Source of the DNA: Candidatus Borrarchaeum weybense
GTDB taxonomy: Archaea > Asgardarchaeota > Sifarchaeia > Borrarchaeales > Borrarchaeaceae
DNA: 64,000 nucleotides
NCBI GenBank assembly: GCA_019057385.1
Contig: JAHQJS010000004.1
Span: 32,001 to 96,000 of the forward strand
Reading direction: 5' to 3'
Shown: piece by piece, positions 59,823-64,000 of the stretch
How the letters are laid out: each line of letters opens with the position of its first letter
How positions within the stretch are numbered: the stretch's first letter is position 1
Notes under the pieces: generated by a model
What the model saw: only the letters and a program-made list of their open reading frames with translations
What the model was told of the DNA's origin: nothing
Database searches by the model: none
Program-made: the position numbers and the translations under genes

Positions 59823-60200
59823 TTACTCTTTTTTCCTGATTGTAATATCCGTCCTACCAGTTTTGACATCCTTAAAATAGTCTAATCCCTCTAATATCTT
59901 GCCTACAATGTTTACCGGACTATATGGCTCAATCTTATCATAATAGACACATATACTTTTTCCTAAGGGCCAATAAGCAATGTCGCCCTTATCAATTTCT
60001 TTTGTTGATTTCTCTAATCCTATTGTGCCAGGTATTCGAATAGCTGTCTGTGCATTTTTGTATACAGATGCTTTTTCTGTGTGAGGAAGAATGTCTAATA
60101 TCGCTGCGTAAGTAAGAGGTGCCTTAATACGATGTAATTCACCGATAGCAGAGTTCTCTCCAATTTCAAAAACTATTTGCACCTTTGAAATCTCGCTCAT
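59823..60200 (-). CDS. Cyclophilin-like fold protein (DUF369/TM1367-like)
   Basis: AP.T, GDIAYWP.G..ICVYY, SPVN.VG. Confidence 0.85.
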   Translation of the reverse strand: MSEISKVQIVFEIGENSAIGELHRIKAPLTYAAILDILPHTEKASVYKNAQTAIRIPGTIGLEKSTKEIDKGDIAYWPLGKSICVYYDKIEPYSPVNIVGKILEGLDYFKDVKTGRTDITIRKKE

Positions 60201-60327
60201 CTAAACACCGCACTTCACTTATCATAAAAATGCTATTTTGTAATTTAAATAATAAGATCAAATTTTTCTGAGTAGAAATTCAAAAAGAAAAAACAAATGT
60301 TAGAATTGAGGGAGTCAATGGATAGAT

Positions 60328-61005
60328 CTAATCAACAAATAATTCACGAACTCTGTCTGTTAGACCGGTTGTATGGGCTTCTCTCTCTATCTTTCTAATG
60401 GCGCGGATAACTTGAATCTCATCCCCAGCCTTCTGACCTAAAATCCATATCCTGCCATTCTGACCAACAGCAATTCTTGCTTGAGTTTGCTCTTTAATCA
60501 TGTTGATCATAGATCCTTTACGTCCAATCAGTCGAGGTATCTTTGATGGAGGTATTTCAATTATTGTGCCACCTCTCAATTTTCCAAGGTCTCGACCTTT
60601 TACTGTTAGGGCAGGATCTTGGAGGCGATCAAATGCGATTATTTTTGCGACAATGATATCTCCTATGTCAAATATCTCCCTAAGGTCAGATTTTGATGCA
60701 TTGAATGGTCGTCTTATGACATTTGAAATATGAAGAATGCCAGCGTAAGGTGAACAGATGTCCACATGCCACGAAGTGAGAGAAATATTATACACTTTCC
60801 CAATTACGATGTCATCTATATAGGGTATATACGATCCTGCCAAAGCAGTAACATAAATCGTTTTTCCTTTGAGTGCTGCTAATCCGATTAGGGATGCAAT
60901 AATCTTACCATTTTCTCGATATGCCCCCTCGCCAGCATTAAAATCGCCTTCAGCGAGTAATTCACCTGGTACTACTAATTGCCGATTTTCAAAAAGTACT
61001 GACAT
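60328..61005 (-). CDS. rrp4: Exosome RNA-binding subunit Rrp4
   Basis: VVPGE, YIP...D.VIG, S1 domain, PRLIGRKGSM, GQNGRIW, H..GLT. Confidence 0.96.
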   Translation of the reverse strand: MSVLFENRQLVVPGELLAEGDFNAGEGAYRENGKIIASLIGLAALKGKTIYVTALAGSYIPYIDDIVIGKVYNISLTSWHVDICSPYAGILHISNVIRRPFNASKSDLREIFDIGDIIVAKIIAFDRLQDPALTVKGRDLGKLRGGTIIEIPPSKIPRLIGRKGSMINMIKEQTQARIAVGQNGRIWILGQKAGDEIQVIRAIRKIEREAHTTGLTDRVRELFVD

Positions 61006-61022
61006 AATTTAAAGACCTTCTC

Positions 61023-61751
61023 TTATTTTTTATCCTCTACTATTTTTATTTGAGCCCGACCTTTCGTAAGATGGTTGATTTCATCTTTAAGTGCGCTCTG
61101 AAGTCCCGCTGGGATATCAATAATCGCAACCCAACTCCCGTCATTTTGCCATTCATCTTTTTTGATAGTTCCAAATCGAGATACAATACCGTAACCCTTT
61201 CCTGTGAACTCAGCAGGAATTTTAACTGCAACTTGAAGTTTTTCCATACGAATCGGGATCTGTGCCGAGATTTCTTTAACGATTCTTTTTGCTTGAGCTT
61301 CAACTTCCTGAAATGGATCTATTGATACTTTTGCCTCATCTATAGCACGTTCGATTCGTGAAGGAGGATGTGGAAGTTTAGTTTGCGGATTTATACTGTT
61401 TCTGACGATATAATCTATAACTTGGATCCTTTTCTCTTCTAGCATCCGTTTTCGTTGCTCTGAAGTTAGATGGATTTCACCGTCAGCTAAAACAGTTCTT
61501 GCAATTTCGAAAGGATCATTAGTTTCAAATATTTCCTGCAATTTTTCTTCAGATGCCTTTAGCCCTTTATGAACGTCTTCGAAAATAATATCTCCCTCAA
61601 GGATTTCACGAATGTCTATGTCCTTTCCTGATCTATAATCCTGAGCTAAATCAGGATCTACTAATATTTCAAATCGTTCTCCATGAGTTATTAGTCGTGC
61701 TACAACTAAGTCTCCCCATTCAGGAATACGTGTATCTCCGCGAAGTCCCAT
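61023..61751 (-). CDS. sdo1: Ribosome maturation factor SBDS/Sdo1
   Basis: [22 protein letters not shown]. Confidence 0.96.
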   Translation of the reverse strand: MGLRGDTRIPEWGDLVVARLITHGERFEILVDPDLAQDYRSGKDIDIREILEGDIIFEDVHKGLKASEEKLQEIFETNDPFEIARTVLADGEIHLTSEQRKRMLEEKRIQVIDYIVRNSINPQTKLPHPPSRIERAIDEAKVSIDPFQEVEAQAKRIVKEISAQIPIRMEKLQVAVKIPAEFTGKGYGIVSRFGTIKKDEWQNDGSWVAIIDIPAGLQSALKDEINHLTKGRAQIKIVEDKK

Positions 61752-61760
61752 AAAAACAGC

Positions 61761-62480
61761 CTACATACGCTCTATATATTTGGTAATCTCCTCGTCAGAA
61801 ACCTTCTGTAGTTTCTTATCAACTTCATTAATTATAGAAATTTCAACCTTGGTTGAATCTAGTTCAGCTTCAATAACCTGTTTTAACGCATTTAATGCTA
61901 ATAATATCATACCATCCATATCTAAAGTAGATTCATATCCTTGTTCCAAAACTTCTGTAACTGTTTGTGCGCCTGCTCCAATCACTGCAGCTCGATGTCC
62001 CCAATAAGTCCCTGACGGATCAGTCATAAATAGATGCGATCCTGTATCATCACAACCAGCAATAAGCAATTTTACACCAAATGGTCTCACACCTGCGTGT
62101 TGTGTGTAAAGTTGTTTTAAATCACCGATTTTCCTTGTTAACACTTCAACAGTAATTGGTTCGTCATAAGTAAGCTTATTAATTTGAGAGTTAATTCGCG
62201 CTTGATTGATTAAGATCCGTGCATCCGCTGTCAGGCCAGCTATAGCAGCACCAATATGCTCATCGATTTTAAAAATTTTTTCTATGCTATTTGCTTCTAC
62301 AAGTTTACTGAGAATGCGTTTTTCAACGGCTAAAACAACACCTACTCCATCCACCTTAATTCCAATTGCAGTCGTTCCTCTTCTTACTGCCTCTATTGCA
62401 TATTCAACTTGGAATAATCTTCCATCTGGAGAAAATATTGTGATTGCACGGTCATATCCCAATCCTGGTGCGGCAAACAT
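61761..62480 (-). CDS. psmA: Proteasome alpha subunit
   Basis: YDRAITIFSPDGRLFQVEYA, RPFG, DPSG. Confidence 0.98.
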   Translation of the reverse strand: MFAAPGLGYDRAITIFSPDGRLFQVEYAIEAVRRGTTAIGIKVDGVGVVLAVEKRILSKLVEANSIEKIFKIDEHIGAAIAGLTADARILINQARINSQINKLTYDEPITVEVLTRKIGDLKQLYTQHAGVRPFGVKLLIAGCDDTGSHLFMTDPSGTYWGHRAAVIGAGAQTVTEVLEQGYESTLDMDGMILLALNALKQVIEAELDSTKVEISIINEVDKKLQKVSDEEITKYIERM

Positions 62481-62747
62481 GTTTAAACCTCCATAAGTCA
62501 GAGTGAATCTTTGTTATATATAAAAATGTGTGAAATCAAAACTACAAAGCGTCTTTTATATCTTTCATAAAGCTCCATTAAAAGGCTTTTCATATATCCA
62601 TTAAGATATACTAGATAAAGTAACATAAGTCACTATAAACTAAAACTATATCAACAGATACCTATTCCTTTTGTCTCCTATATGTTTAATGTATCTATCT
62701 TCTAGGAGTTTAATAGTTAATTAGAAAAGTTTAAGAAGCCAGATTGT

Positions 62748-63092
62748 TTGAACTCCATATATCCCCTGATATTTAGAGGAGGTTATCCAATGGGTAAAGG
62801 ACAAAAGAAAAAACCAATTGCAAAAGCTGATAAGAAGAAATGGGGCGAAAAAACCGCGAAGACAGTAGAAAAAACTAAGCGGAGCATCCACTTTGAAGCT
62901 GATTTAATGAAATCAATAAAGGATGATTTGCCAAAAACAAAATATATTAGCCCAACTCTAGTTGCCGAAAAGTATGGCGTACGAGTAAGTACGGCAAAGC
63001 TTATGCTCGAAGATTTAAGGAACGAACAGTTGATCGAAGAAGTAGCCCATACACCAAGAATTAAAGTTTATAAACCAGTAAGTGCCAGTTAA
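62748..63092 (+). CDS. rps25e: 30S ribosomal protein S25e; true start 62790
   Basis: KKKW, YISP..VAEKY.V.VS.AK..L..L; GGAGG before the ATG at 62790. Confidence 0.9.
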   Translation: MNSIYPLIFRGGYPMGKGQKKKPIAKADKKKWGEKTAKTVEKTKRSIHFEADLMKSIKDDLPKTKYISPTLVAEKYGVRVSTAKLMLEDLRNEQLIEEVAHTPRIKVYKPVSAS

Positions 63093-63439
63093 ATCCAGCA
63101 ATAACTTATCCCCTAATTTATTCTTGACTGCTTTTTTGAAGCCTAAAAACAGTTGTAAAAAAGACTTCAAGTTATTAACATCGAGCTGAAACAATAAAAA
63201 CTGAGAATTCGGAAGTTGAACTCACTATCCCCAAAGACAGTTCTGGTGTTCTTAACCTAGAAGGCTACATTTTTTGAGATTTTACCTTTTTTTTGGGCAC
63301 AGTTAGCTTCATTCATTGCTAAGATTGACGTATAATAGATGAAATTGGTTTTATTGGGGCTTTTTCTAACCATTTACTAATATCCTAGAACCAAAAAAAA
63401 CATAAAACAGGGATGAGCCATAAAAAAGGAGGGACTCAA

Positions 63440-64000
63440 TTGCCTAGGGCGAAGAAAAAGAAAAAAAAGACGACCCGAAAAAAGGTGGCTGAAATCTCAG
63501 TAAATGCCAAAGTACTAGAGAAATTAATTGAAGGCGTACAATTAGGCGATTTGCAGCAATTAGTTGAATCATGGGGCTATAACATAAAAGAAAATGAAAA
63601 AATAAAGCAAAATATCGATCTTTTAAATGCATTAAACATAAATGCTTTTTCAAGAAGTCAGTTTGCTGATCTTTGGGCGTTAAAATCCCTTAAAGGCAAA
63701 GTTTGGAAAAAATACAAGGTGATTGATCCTCTTCCTGCCAGATTAGGCATAACAACCTTAAAAAAAGGATTAAAAACTGCGCTTAAGTCAGAAGACGCAG
63801 ATAAAAAATATACACCACAGGTTTTCAAAATAAGTCGTGATCTATTTCATATCGTTTTGGAATTTATTGATAAGCCCTTTCTAGTAGAAAATGGAAGCGC
63901 ATTCTCATATCAACTAATTGAACCTATTAAGCGAATTTCTAGCATTTTAGATCGTAATGAAGAGATAGTTTATATTGAAACCAATGACGGAAAAAATCTA
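63440..64000 (+). CDS. Hypothetical protein, 5' part (at least 187 aa, runs off the window)
   Basis: GGAGG SD, TTG start, open frame MPRAKKKKKKTTRKKVAEISV... to base 64000. Confidence 0.8.
   Translation, partial: MPRAKKKKKKTTRKKVAEISVNAKVLEKLIEGVQLGDLQQLVESWGYNIKENEKIKQNIDLLNALNINAFSRSQFADLWALKSLKGKVWKKYKVIDPLPARLGITTLKKGLKTALKSEDADKKYTPQVFKISRDLFHIVLEFIDKPFLVENGSAFSYQLIEPIKRISSILDRNEEIVYIETNDGKNL

Noticed and set aside
1272-62496. Many short ORFs antisense to or nested in real genes (for example 1272-1685, 9155-9574, 24459-24971, 33332-33787, 52961-53494, 57602-58003)
   Set aside because: They are shadow frames of well-supported genes and have no recognisable motifs.
63444-63653. 69-aa minus-strand ORF
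   Set aside because: It is antisense to the SD-preceded plus-strand ORF starting at 63440.
1-64000. CRISPR array or rRNA genes
   Set aside because: No regularly spaced repeats or rRNA-like sequence seen.

Overview
AT-rich archaeal chromosomal segment, very likely from an Asgard archaeon. It encodes a Vps22/Vps36-like ESCRT-II protein next to a Snf7-like ESCRT-III protein, an E2F/DP-like winged-helix protein, and eL38, eL40, eS17 and eS25. Housekeeping genes (cdc48, fen, aspS, truD, trm5, alba, EF-1beta, psmA-SBDS-rrp4) are interleaved with a large surface-glycosylation repertoire: 8 GT-C-type membrane glycosyltransferases, GT2/GT4 enzymes, a flippase and an rml-like block. Mobile DNA comprises one tnpB-only IS200/IS605 element and three non-autonomous derivatives of about 330, 299 and 47 bp. 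Two tRNA genes carry multiple bulge-helix-bulge (BHB) introns: tRNA-Lys(CUU) has three and tRNA-Val(CAC) has two. The standout observation is a 40-nt BHB-type intron (51697-51736, minus strand) inside a protein-coding gene for an HTH/Lrp-AsnC transcription regulator. It blocks both reading frames with stop codons. Excision at the canonical BHB cut sites joins an SD-preceded ATG exon in frame to the HTH, giving a 158-aa protein. This points to tRNA-type mRNA splicing of a transcription factor. All calls come from reading the sequence and from motif recognition; no searches or folding programs were run.
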